Of a stretch of 25,167 nt of DNA, positions 1 to 7,992 are shown one piece after another. The stretch is taken from the NCBI GenBank assembly GCA_030668425.1, contig DAOUTY010000001.1:1-25167 (forward strand). The letters are read 5' to 3'. The notes under the pieces are model-generated. The model was not told where the DNA came from and did no database searches. It worked only from the letters and a program-made list of their open reading frames with translations. The stretch comes from Chloroflexota bacterium. Its GTDB lineage: Bacteria; Chloroflexota; Dehalococcoidia; SZUA-161. Made by a program: the position numbers and the translations under genes. How positions within the stretch are numbered: position 1 is the stretch's first letter; every line of letters starts with the position of its first letter.

Positions 1-906
1 GTCAATGTCCCCATCGGAATCGCGGCGCTGCTCTGGGGTTATCGCATCATACCCCGCGGCGACACAAATCCCGGACAGCGTCTTGATTTTGCTGGGGCTG
101 CGACTGCTTTTGTCTCTCTGACCACCATACTTCTCTACGCTAATAGGGGCGAGGCCTGGGGATGGCTATCGCCCACGGGCATCGGCTTGCTGATAGTCGC
201 GCTGGGGTCCGGAGCGGTATTTATCTGGATAGAGAGAAGAAGCGCACAGCCCATGCTCAACCTGGCACTGTTCACCAACCGCCGATTCAGCTTCGCCAGT
301 CTGAGCGCACTTCTCAGCTTCATGTCACTGTATGCGCTGGTATTCCTGACACCCTTTTATCTGGCCTTCGCACTGCATTACAGCATTCTCAAGGTGGGCT
401 TAGTAATGGCCGCTTCCCCCATAGCCACTTTGTTCGTAGCGCCTCTGAGCGGTGCGCTCTCCGATCGTATCGGCACAAGGGGGTTGACCGTATGCGGTAT
501 GATTATCTGTGCCTTGGGCCTGTACCTCATGAGTGGTTTGCAGGAATCTTCAGACGCCTTTGATGTCATCTGGCGCATATGTATAGTTGGCGCGGGAATG
601 GGCATGTTCCAAAGCCCGAACAACAGCGCCGTGATGGGAAGCGTTCCCCCCTGGCACCTGGGTATCTCCTCTGGGATACTGGCAGCTATGCGTAATGTGG
701 GCATGGTACTGGGAATAGCTGTTACCGGTGCGGTACTTTACAATGTAGCCCCCATCGCTCTGTCCGGGCATCCCGGTTCCTTCAGCCCTGCTGACATTCA
801 GGAGTTTCTCACCGGTTTGCGCTGGGCCTTCATATCAGGCGCAGTAATTGCAGGCATCGCTGCGCTGACCTCCCTCCTGGCAGTAAACCAACAGAGACAA
901 GCCTAG
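1..906 (+). CDS. MFS transporter, DHA2 (EmrB/QacA, 14-TMS) family; 5' truncated by window edge
   Basis: Frame 1 is open from base 1 (VNVPIGIAALLWG...D..GA), upstream of the 187 start in the ORF track. Shows multiple hydrophobic helices, GALSDRIGTR loop motif, GMGMFQSPNNSAVMG and SGILAAMRNVGMVLGIA typical of the DHA2 C-terminal half. Confidence 0.9.
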   Translation, partial: VNVPIGIAALLWGYRIIPRGDTNPGQRLDFAGAATAFVSLTTILLYANRGEAWGWLSPTGIGLLIVALGSGAVFIWIERRSAQPMLNLALFTNRRFSFASLSALLSFMSLYALVFLTPFYLAFALHYSILKVGLVMAASPIATLFVAPLSGALSDRIGTRGLTVCGMIICALGLYLMSGLQESSDAFDVIWRICIVGAGMGMFQSPNNSAVMGSVPPWHLGISSGILAAMRNVGMVLGIAVTGAVLYNVAPIALSGHPGSFSPADIQEFLTGLRWAFISGAVIAGIAALTSLLAVNQQRQA

Positions 907-1004
907 GCCGAAGGCCATATCTTCGAAGACCGCGCTTGCACTGACCTGCCCCCACTCGCTGCGGATGATAACATCGCACAAGGAGCAAGCCATTAAATAG
1001 CGAT

Positions 1005-2264
1005 CTATTTAATGGCCTCTACGCCCATAAAAGGGCGCAGCGCTTCGGGGATGGCCACGGTGCCATCGGGCTGCTGGTAGTTCTCCAGGACAGAGATCAG
1101 GACACGGGGCAAAGCCAGTCCGGAGCCGTTCAGGGTGTGGACAAACCGCGGCTTTTCCCCTAACTGAGGTCGGTAGCGGATATTGGCCCTGCGAGCCTGA
1201 AAATCGCTACAATTGCTACAGGAACTCACCTCCAGCCACTCGCCACAGCCGGGCGCCCACATCTCGATATCGTATGATTTGGTAGAGGCAAAACCCAAGT
1301 CGCCGCTGCAAAGCTGGAGCACCCGATAGGGAAGTCCCAGCTTTTGGCAAACCTCCTCGGCATGCCCCACCATCCTCTCCAATTCCTCATCCGAACTATC
1401 GGGCTCGACAAACTTGTAGATCTCCACTTTATCGAATTGATGTCCTCTCTTGATCCCCCTGGTATCCTTGCCCGCCGACATACTCTCGCGACGGAAGCAG
1501 GCGGTGTAGGCGACATAATAAAAAGGCAAGGTGCCCGGCTCCAGGATTTCATCGCGGTGCAGATTGGTCACCGGCACCTCAGCAGTGGGCACCAGCCACA
1601 AATCATCCTCCGCGTCGTGATAGAGGTTGTCGGCGAATTTAGGCAAGTTTCCTGACCCCAACATGCACTCCTGCTTCACCACAAACGGAGGATAGACCTC
1701 GGTATAACCATGCTCACTTATGTGGAGATCGAGCATAAAGGCGATGAGCGCCCTTTGAAGCTTGGCCCCCAGGCCCCTGAGCACATAGAAGCGACTCCCC
1801 GATATCTTCACTCCCCGTTCGAAATCTATGATGCCCAGGTTCGTCCCGATATCCCAGTGGGGCAGGGGGGCATAATCGAATCTACGAGCCTCACCCCAAC
1901 TTCGCACCACAACGTTACCGCTCTCGTCCACGCCGACGGGGACCGTAGGGTGCACAAGGTTAGGCAGTCGGAGCAGGAGGTCGTTCAACTCTTCTTCGTT
2001 GTGGCTAATCTCATAGTCCAGAGACTTGATCTGCTCTCCTATATCCCTCATCTCAGAACGTAATTCCTCGGGCTTGTCCTTCATCTGGCCAATCTCCTTG
2101 CTGGCCTGCTTTCGTCTTGCCCGAAGACTTTCCACCTCCTGGATGAGCCGCCGCCTCTCCTCATCAAGACCGATGATCTCATCGAGGGCAGCAGCTTCGC
2201 CGCGCTTGACCAGCGAATCCCGAACGAGGTCGGGGTTTTGGCGGATGAGTTGAAGGCTGAGCAT
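1005..2264 (-). CDS. serS: seryl-tRNA synthetase
   Basis: N-terminal coiled-coil arm, PTAEVP, motif 2 FRRE...RGHQFDKVE, EVSSCSNC.DFQARR, motif 3 TLNGSGLALPR. Confidence 0.98.
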   Translation of the reverse strand: MLSLQLIRQNPDLVRDSLVKRGEAAALDEIIGLDEERRRLIQEVESLRARRKQASKEIGQMKDKPEELRSEMRDIGEQIKSLDYEISHNEEELNDLLLRLPNLVHPTVPVGVDESGNVVVRSWGEARRFDYAPLPHWDIGTNLGIIDFERGVKISGSRFYVLRGLGAKLQRALIAFMLDLHISEHGYTEVYPPFVVKQECMLGSGNLPKFADNLYHDAEDDLWLVPTAEVPVTNLHRDEILEPGTLPFYYVAYTACFRRESMSAGKDTRGIKRGHQFDKVEIYKFVEPDSSDEELERMVGHAEEVCQKLGLPYRVLQLCSGDLGFASTKSYDIEMWAPGCGEWLEVSSCSNCSDFQARRANIRYRPQLGEKPRFVHTLNGSGLALPRVLISVLENYQQPDGTVAIPEALRPFMGVEAIK

Positions 2265-2269
2265 TATCT

Positions 2270-3760
2270 CTACTTCTCTTTAGTTCTCAACTGCGGGAAC
2301 AGTATAACCTCTCTTATCGAGTGCTGGTTGGTCAGGACCATCACCAGCCGGTCAATGCCTACTCCCAACCCCCCCGCGGGCGGCATGCCGTGCTCCAACG
2401 CAACCAGAAACTCTTCATCCATCCTCTCCACTTCCTCGTCACCCATCAGGCTGCGTAGTTGTTCCTGCTCCTCGAACCGTTTCCTCTGCTCTACGGGATC
2501 ATTGAGTTCGGTGAAGGCATTGGCAACCTCAAATCCCCCGATAAAACACTCGAACCTCTCCACCAGCCGCGGGTCATCAGGCTTGGCCTTGGCCAGAGGA
2601 GATATCTCAATTGGGTAGTCGAGAACGAAAGTAGGCTGAATGAAGTTAGGCTCCAGGAATGTGGAGAATAGCTTATCGACGAGCCGACCCCAACTCATGG
2701 CGTCCTCCACCTCTACTCCCAATCCCTTGGCCATTTCCCGCAGTGACGAGAGATCGCGGTATCTCTGGTCGAGGAAATCAAAACCACACTTCTCAAGCAA
2801 CTCATCCCGAAGGTTGACCCTGCGCCAGGGAGGAGAAAGATCGATGGTATCCTCTCCGAAAGTGACTTCATGGCTTCCCAGAACTTCCTGAGCAACATGG
2901 CACACCATCTGCTCCACCATTTCCATGACATCGTTGTAGTCGGCGTAGGCCTCATAGCTCTCGAGCATGGTGAATTCAGGATTGTGCTTGATAGAGATAC
3001 CTTCATTGCGGAAGATACGCCCGATCTCGTACACCTTGTCCAGTCCGCCGATAATCAGGCGCTTGAGATAGAGCTCAGTGGCAATGCGCAGGTAAAGGTC
3101 TTGCTCCAGGGTATGATGATGAGTTGAGAAGGGGCGGGCCATCGCACCAGCGGCCACGGGCAACAACACCGGCGTTTCCACCTCAATGAACCCTCGCCCA
3201 TCAAGAAAGCGCCGTATAGCCGCGATGACGCGGCTGCGTATGACGAATATGCGTCTAACCTCCTCGCTGGAGATGAGGTCCAGATATCTCTGTCGATAGC
3301 GCTTCTCCACGTCCGTTAGCCCATGCCACTTCTCGGGCAACGACTGAAGCGACTTGCAGAGCATGACAAAATCAGAAGCTCCAACAGTAACCTCACCGCT
3401 ACGCGTCCTGAAAAGCTTGCCACTCATCCCGATGATGTCACCGATGTCGAAATCATGGAGTAGCTGATATTTCTCTTCTCCGAGGCGGTCCTTGCGGAAA
3501 TATGCTTGGATCTTGCCCGAGCCATCTCTGACATCAAGGAAGGATGCCTTCCCCATAGATCGGTGGGCAGTGATACGACCGGCAACGCATACTTCGGGGC
3601 TTTGCGCGTTATCTCTTTCCTGCTCTTCGAAAAGCGATACCGCATCCTGGATGGTGTGAGTGCGATGGTAGCGGTGGGGGTAGGGGTCAATGTTGCGGCT
3701 GCGAATCCTGCTGAGCTTGGCCAGGCGCTGTTGGGTTATCTCTTCTTTCCTGTCCGCCAT
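2270..3760 (-). CDS. lysS: lysyl-tRNA synthetase, class II
   Basis: OB-fold anticodon domain (GRITAHRSMGKASF), YRQRYLDL, LRIATELYLKRL, FRNEG...HNPEFTMLE, GLGVGIDRLVM. Confidence 0.98.
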   Translation of the reverse strand: MADRKEEITQQRLAKLSRIRSRNIDPYPHRYHRTHTIQDAVSLFEEQERDNAQSPEVCVAGRITAHRSMGKASFLDVRDGSGKIQAYFRKDRLGEEKYQLLHDFDIGDIIGMSGKLFRTRSGEVTVGASDFVMLCKSLQSLPEKWHGLTDVEKRYRQRYLDLISSEEVRRIFVIRSRVIAAIRRFLDGRGFIEVETPVLLPVAAGAMARPFSTHHHTLEQDLYLRIATELYLKRLIIGGLDKVYEIGRIFRNEGISIKHNPEFTMLESYEAYADYNDVMEMVEQMVCHVAQEVLGSHEVTFGEDTIDLSPPWRRVNLRDELLEKCGFDFLDQRYRDLSSLREMAKGLGVEVEDAMSWGRLVDKLFSTFLEPNFIQPTFVLDYPIEISPLAKAKPDDPRLVERFECFIGGFEVANAFTELNDPVEQRKRFEEQEQLRSLMGDEEVERMDEEFLVALEHGMPPAGGLGVGIDRLVMVLTNQHSIREVILFPQLRTKEK

Positions 3761-3806
3761 CTCACGAGCCTGAGCACAATGGGCAACGGTTTCCTTTTCA
3801 CTGCAT

Positions 3807-4277
3807 TTATTCTATTGCGACCACCTTTAGTTTGAGCGTGCCTCCTGGGACTTGAGCCTCAACCTCAGCACCCACCTTCTTGCCCAACAGGGCGCTGCCC
3901 ACCGGTGATTCGTTGGAGATCTTTCCTTCGCTGGGACCGGCCTCAACACTGCCAACAATAGTATAGTGTTCGTCTTCCCCGTCTTGGTTGCGAACCGTGA
4001 CCTTCGAGCCAAGCTTAACCCATTTCGAAGGAGACTTTCCCTCCTCAATCAAGGTAGCACTCTTAATCATGCTTTCCAGGGTGAGAATCCGCCCCTCGAC
4101 AAAGGCCTGCTCGTTCTTGGCATCATCATATTCAGCGTTGTCAACAGTGCCGCCGAGCTCTTTTGCCCTATGAATCTGCTCAGCAACCTGCGGACGCCGC
4201 ACAGACTGTAGATGTTCCAGTTCCGCCTTCAGCTTCTCCAGCCCCTCAGGCGTGAGAAAGGTTTCCTTCTGCACCAT
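3807..4277 (-). CDS. greA: transcription elongation factor GreA
   Basis: LTPEGLEKLKAELEHL, G..DNAEYDDAKNEQAFVEGRI (catalytic D/E), ISNESPVGSALLG. Start placed at ATG 4277 (or GTG 4274) after GGAGG rather than TTG 4286. Confidence 0.96.
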   Translation of the reverse strand: MVQKETFLTPEGLEKLKAELEHLQSVRRPQVAEQIHRAKELGGTVDNAEYDDAKNEQAFVEGRILTLESMIKSATLIEEGKSPSKWVKLGSKVTVRNQDGEDEHYTIVGSVEAGPSEGKISNESPVGSALLGKKVGAEVEAQVPGGTLKLKVVAIE

Positions 4278-4292
4278 CTCCTCCAACCAATT

Positions 4293-4335
4293 AAAAAAGA
4301 CCGAGAGCGTGCCAACGCCTGGTCACCTGCTCTCG
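4293..4335 (-). terminator. intrinsic-terminator-like hairpin plus U6 inside the greA 5' leader
   Basis: On the minus strand: CGAGAGC..GTG.CCA-loop-TGG-CAC-GCTCTCG followed by GTC-TTTTTT, between the greA promoter and start codon. Confidence 0.6.
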
Positions 4336-4349
4336 ATTATTGAATTGTG

Positions 4350-4378
4350 ATTATAACCGAATTTTCCCCAATTGTAAA
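4350..4378 (-). promoter_or_regulatory. sigma70-type promoter for greA-lysS-serS
   Basis: Minus strand TTTACA (4378-4373), 17 nt, TATAAT (4355-4350). Confidence 0.8.
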
Positions 4379-4407
4379 TAGCCTTGGCCCAAATCGCACA
4401 CACTCGC

Positions 4408-4437
4408 CTTGACACATGTAGTCAAGTAAGGCACAAT
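4408..4437 (+). promoter_or_regulatory. sigma70-type promoter for nitroreductase with palindromic operator over the -35
   Basis: TTGACA (4409-4414), 17 nt, CACAAT (4432-4437). Inverted repeat CTTGAC-N7-GTCAAG at 4408-4426. Confidence 0.6.
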
Positions 4438-4545
4438 ATGAGCTTGCGGGTATCGTCAAAGAAAGCAACTGGCAGCCCCAAACAGAAGTCGGAGAACAAT
4501 CCGGCAAGACACCCCTAGTGGGCATCCAGTAATGAAGGAGTGGCT

Positions 4546-5109
4546 ATGGACGTAATGCAGGCCATAAAGGGAAGAAGAAGTATTCGCAAATACAAGCCTG
4601 ACCCGGTACCCGACGAAGCCGTTAACACAGTCCTGGAGGCTGCCAGATGGGCTCCATCCTGGTCAAATACCCAGTGCTGGCAGTTCATAGTAGTTAGAGA
4701 CCCCGAGGGCAAGAGGGAACTTGCGGGCACCTTGAAACGACTCGCCCACGGCGCAGAGAACCCAGCGGCGGCGGCTATACGGGAGGCTCCGGCTGTTATC
4801 GTGTCCTGCGCCGAACTCGGTAAGTCGGGCTACTACAAAGGGGAGCCAGCGACGGACAAGGGCGACTGGTTCATGTTTGACGTAGCACTGGCAATGCAGA
4901 ACTTAACCCTGGCGGCACATGCCATGGGCTTGGGTACAGTACACGTGGGCCTGTTCGAGGCCAAAGACGTAGCCAGTATCCTGGAAATACCCGAAGGCGT
5001 TGCAGTTGTGGACATGACCCCCCTGGGTTATCCCGACGAGACGCCTGGAGCGATTCCGAGAAAAGACCTTGCCGACATCGTATTTCAAGGCAAATACGGC
5101 AAGAAGTAG
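4546..5109 (+). CDS. nitroreductase family protein (FMN-dependent)
   Basis: AIKGRRSIRKY, ARWAPSWSNTQCWQFIVV, AMQNLTLAAHAMGLGT, LGYP, PRK motifs. ATG 4546 lies 5 nt after AAGGAG. Confidence 0.93.
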   Translation: MDVMQAIKGRRSIRKYKPDPVPDEAVNTVLEAARWAPSWSNTQCWQFIVVRDPEGKRELAGTLKRLAHGAENPAAAAIREAPAVIVSCAELGKSGYYKGEPATDKGDWFMFDVALAMQNLTLAAHAMGLGTVHVGLFEAKDVASILEIPEGVAVVDMTPLGYPDETPGAIPRKDLADIVFQGKYGKK

Positions 5110-5151
5110 CTGCAAGTAAGCAAGCCGATTTGTAATAGCAGAGGTAAGATT

Positions 5152-5244
5152 ATGAGTTCAGTCGTCAAGAAGAGGCGTAAGAAGATGAGGAAGCACAAAC
5201 ACCGCAAGATGTTAAAAAAGACCAGATGGCAGCGACGGCATTGA
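5152..5244 (+). CDS. 30-aa basic protein, AURKAIP1/COX24 domain (ribosomal protein bS22/mS38-like)
   Basis: Translates as MSSVVKKRRKKMRKHKHRKMLKKTRWQRRH*. SD GAGGT at 5141-5145. Pattern matches mycobacterial bS22 (recalled as [29 protein letters not shown]...). Below the ORF-track size cutoff. Confidence 0.88.
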   Translation: MSSVVKKRRKKMRKHKHRKMLKKTRWQRRH

Positions 5245-5297
5245 TGTATATGGAGACGGATAAAGGGCCATCATCGGGTTAGCAAAGGCAATGCGGA

Positions 5298-6338
5298 ATG
5301 TGGAATGTTATCGGTCAGCCCAAGGCCGTGGAGTTGCTGAGGCACAGCCTTGAGAGCGGTCGTCTGGCTCATGCCTATCTGTTTGTGGGACAGCCCCACG
5401 TGGGCAAGGCAACCCTGGCCATAAATCTGGCACAGGCATTGAACTGTGAACAGGGAATAGAACCGTGTGGGCAATGCAGGTCTTGCCTCCGCATCGCCGC
5501 CGGAAAGCATGCCGATGTTCAGATAATCGGGCGCTTGCCGGACACTGGCTCCGGCGAAGCTGGCCCCAAGAAAGAGATCAGCATTGGGCAGATAAGGGAG
5601 CTACAACAGGCTGCCGGACTGCGACCTTACGAGGGAAAGCACCGCGTCTTTATCATCGATAGTGCCGAACATCTGAACGAAGAATCTGCCAACTGCCTGC
5701 TCAAAACCCTCGAGGAGCCACCGCCCGAGGTTCTCATCATCCTGCTTGCAGCGAATGATGCCAGGTTGTTGCCCACGATTGTTTCCAGATGCCAGCGGGT
5801 TGAACTTCTCCCGGTTCCCGCAAATACCATAGAACAGGAGCTAGTCGAACACCGGCAAATAGAACCCGATAAGGCCAAGGCTTTCAGCAGGCTCTGCCGC
5901 GGGGGCATCGGCTGGGCAATCTCGGCCTCACTAAATGAGAGGCTTCCACAGGAACGCTCTCTGAGGTTAAACGAACTTCAAGAACTTGTCACCACCAGCC
6001 TTGACAAGCGATTCGATTTCGCTACCAAGCTAGCGGCACAATTCAACAAGAACCGTGACTCAGTCGAGGAAGTACTCAGACTATGGCTGGATTGGTGGCG
6101 AGACCTCCTGCTGGTCAAGGAAGGATGCGCAGAGTTTATCACAAACGTAGATCAAGAGGAGACACTCGTTCAACACTCGGAGGGTTACAACGTTGCCGAG
6201 ATCAGGCACTTCATCGAAGCCATAAGAGCAGCGCTAGAGCAACTGGAGCAGAACGCAAATCCACGCCTTGTGCTGGAAGTTTTAATGCTGAGCATCCCGA
6301 ATAGAGAGGAAGAAAGGATAAAGCGCCCCAGCGCTTAG
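5298..6338 (+). CDS. holB: DNA polymerase III subunit delta'
   Basis: RLAHAYLFVG..VGK, Zn module CGQCRSC, ANCLLKTLEEPP, LLPTIVSRCQ, C-terminal NANPRLVLEVL. Confidence 0.95.
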   Translation: MWNVIGQPKAVELLRHSLESGRLAHAYLFVGQPHVGKATLAINLAQALNCEQGIEPCGQCRSCLRIAAGKHADVQIIGRLPDTGSGEAGPKKEISIGQIRELQQAAGLRPYEGKHRVFIIDSAEHLNEESANCLLKTLEEPPPEVLIILLAANDARLLPTIVSRCQRVELLPVPANTIEQELVEHRQIEPDKAKAFSRLCRGGIGWAISASLNERLPQERSLRLNELQELVTTSLDKRFDFATKLAAQFNKNRDSVEEVLRLWLDWWRDLLLVKEGCAEFITNVDQEETLVQHSEGYNVAEIRHFIEAIRAALEQLEQNANPRLVLEVLMLSIPNREEERIKRPSA

Positions 6339-6348
6339 ATTCGCTGAG

Positions 6349-7164
6349 ATGACTGAGATTGTAGGCGTTCGGTTCAAACGAGCAGCGCAGATATATTACT
6401 TCGACCCATCGGATATCGAGCTCAAGATCGGCGATAACGTAGTTGTCGAGACCGTTCGTGGTCTGGCAGTTGGTGCGGTCGTGCTGGCCCCAAAGGAGGT
6501 TGCTCCTGACGAGGCAGGCGAACCCCTGAAGCCCGTCCTGCGCCAAGCGCAGCCCGATGACCTGGAGCGAGTGGCGGAAAGGAAAGAAGAGGAAGGCAAG
6601 GCGCTGACTAAGTGCGAGGAACTGGTGGCAAAGTACCAACTCCCGATGAGCCCTCTGGCCGCAGAGTACAACCTGGACGGTAGCCACCTCACCATGTACT
6701 TCAAATCCGAAAAGAGGGTTGACTTCCGTAATCTGTTACGCGAGCTCTCCAGCACATTAAAAACCCGCGTCGAACTACGCCAGGTAGGTGCTCGCGATGC
6801 TGCTAAGTTAATCGGCGGCATGGGCAGATGTGGATGTACCCTATGTTGCGCAAGCCGCCTGTCCAAGTTTGAACCCATCTCTATGAAAATGGCCAGAGAG
6901 CAGGACCTGCCTCTCAACCCAGCAAATATCTCCGGTGTCTGCGGCCGGCTGCTTTGCTGCCTGGCCTACGAAAACGAGCAATACCGCGTTATGAAGCAGA
7001 AGCTACCCACGCCGGGGAAGAACATCACCACCAAAGTCGGTGAGGCCAAAGTGATCGGGTGTAACCCTCTCAAGGAGACCGTTATCGTCCAGCTCGAGAG
7101 CGAAGCCCGCTTGGAACTGCCTCTCTCAGAAATCGAATTCCCCAGCAGAAATAAGCCACAATAG
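6349..7164 (+). CDS. ricT: PSP1-domain protein (RicT/YaaT family)
   Basis: IVGVRFK....YYFDP, RVDFRNLLRELS...TRVELRQVGARDAAK..GG.G.CG..LCC, ISGVCGRLLCCLAYE. Lies directly after holB, as in Firmicutes. Confidence 0.9.
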   Translation: MTEIVGVRFKRAAQIYYFDPSDIELKIGDNVVVETVRGLAVGAVVLAPKEVAPDEAGEPLKPVLRQAQPDDLERVAERKEEEGKALTKCEELVAKYQLPMSPLAAEYNLDGSHLTMYFKSEKRVDFRNLLRELSSTLKTRVELRQVGARDAAKLIGGMGRCGCTLCCASRLSKFEPISMKMAREQDLPLNPANISGVCGRLLCCLAYENEQYRVMKQKLPTPGKNITTKVGEAKVIGCNPLKETVIVQLESEARLELPLSEIEFPSRNKPQ

Positions 7165-7206
7165 ATATCTTTTTTATCCTGTTGGACGCAAAAGTCCCCT
7201 AAAGTA

Positions 7207-7235
7207 TTGCACTAGTATCTAAGATATGTTATGCT
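7207..7235 (+). promoter_or_regulatory. sigma70-type promoter upstream of the HTH gene
   Basis: TTGCAC (7207-7212), 17 nt, TATGCT (7230-7235) with a TGn extension. Palindrome TATCT-A-AGATA lies in the spacer. Confidence 0.65.
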
Positions 7236-7288
7236 TTCTCTCGCTGACCTTCTCAGGTCAGTGGAAGGGGTGATGTGGACTTCACATT

Positions 7289-7480
7289 ATGGAAACTGAG
7301 TTATCGTCGGTAGATGATATAACCAGGATACTTAAAATCAGCAAAGTCACCGCGCAAAGGTGGTGCCGCGACCGAAGGCTTCCTGCGGCAAAGATTGGAA
7401 AATCGTACCGCATCAGGAAAGACGATCTGGATAGATGGTACGAGGGGAAACTTCTGGATCATACTACAGCTGAGCACTAG
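7289..7480 (+). CDS. small excisionase/BldC-like helix-turn-helix protein (HTH_17-type)
   Basis: L.SVDDITRILKISKVTAQRWCRDRRLPAAKIGKSYRIRKDDLDRWY fits the MerR-like/Xis winged-HTH pattern (V..W.R.G.LPA.K.G...RI...DL..W). Confidence 0.8.
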   Translation: METELSSVDDITRILKISKVTAQRWCRDRRLPAAKIGKSYRIRKDDLDRWYEGKLLDHTTAEH

Positions 7481-7512
7481 GTGCTGTAAGCCAGAAGTGG
7501 CCAAGTGTATTT

Positions 7513-7544
7513 GACCACCACCCAAGCGGGGGGTGGTCTTTTTT
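7513..7544 (+). terminator. intrinsic terminator between the HTH gene and the speD-like gene
   Basis: GACCACC-A-CCC-aagc-GGG-G-GGTGGTC followed immediately by TTTTTT. Confidence 0.8.
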
Positions 7545-7575
7545 GTGCCTCAACTACTGGAAGGGGGTGGGAACA

Positions 7576-7974
7576 ATGCACCTGATCATCGATGGCTACA
7601 GTGGCAATGCCCAGAAAATGCAGGACGTAGACTTCATCTACCAACTCCTCGATACTTATCCCTCGCAGATTGGGATGACAAAGATCTCTCCCCCGCAGGT
7701 TTCCAAATACATCGGCTCCAAACCCGAGGATTGGGGTGTTTCCGGTTTTGTCCTCATCGCGGAGAGCCATATCAGCATCCACACCTTCCCCGAGCGTTCC
7801 TACATCAATATCGATATCTTCTCCTGTAAAGAGTTTGACGCCGAGCAAACTATAAGAGACCTTCAGCAACAATTTGGTTTGGCCGAAATCAGGAGCTATA
7901 TTCTCAGTCGGGGGCTGGAATACTACAACAATCAACAGCCATCTTCGCTGTCAGCCTCCGTGAATAGAAAGTGA
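7576..7974 (+). CDS. speD: SpeD-family (AdoMetDC class 1B-like) pyruvoyl-dependent decarboxylase proenzyme
   Basis: MHLIIDGY..., GVSGFVLIAE^SHISIHTFPE self-cleavage motif, DIFSCK. ATG 7576 follows AAGGGGGTGG. Substrate is not certain (see findings). Confidence 0.85.
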   Translation: MHLIIDGYSGNAQKMQDVDFIYQLLDTYPSQIGMTKISPPQVSKYIGSKPEDWGVSGFVLIAESHISIHTFPERSYINIDIFSCKEFDAEQTIRDLQQQFGLAEIRSYILSRGLEYYNNQQPSSLSASVNRK

Positions 7975-7992
7975 GTCGTCTCACTAGCCAGG

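Noticed and set aside
906-1004. Short palindromes (GGCC-gaa-GGCC, TCTTCGAAGA), TTGCAC and an AAGGAG between the convergent MFS and serS genes
   Set aside because: Stems are only 4-5 bp, there is no correctly spaced -10, and no start codon follows the SD-like sequence.
4438-4518. 26-codon ORF MSLRVSSKK... upstream of the nitroreductase
   Set aside because: The ATG lies immediately after the predicted -10 (upstream of the likely TSS) and has no SD.
7289-7480. Excisionase-like gene as a sign of a prophage or integrative element
   Set aside because: There is no integrase, att-like repeat, tRNA or compositional break. The flanks are housekeeping genes.
7481-7545. Resemblance to SAM-III (SMK), preQ1-I or guanidine riboswitches
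   Set aside because: Only fragmentary similarity (GTGCTGTAAGCC). The required partner strands and A-rich tail are absent.
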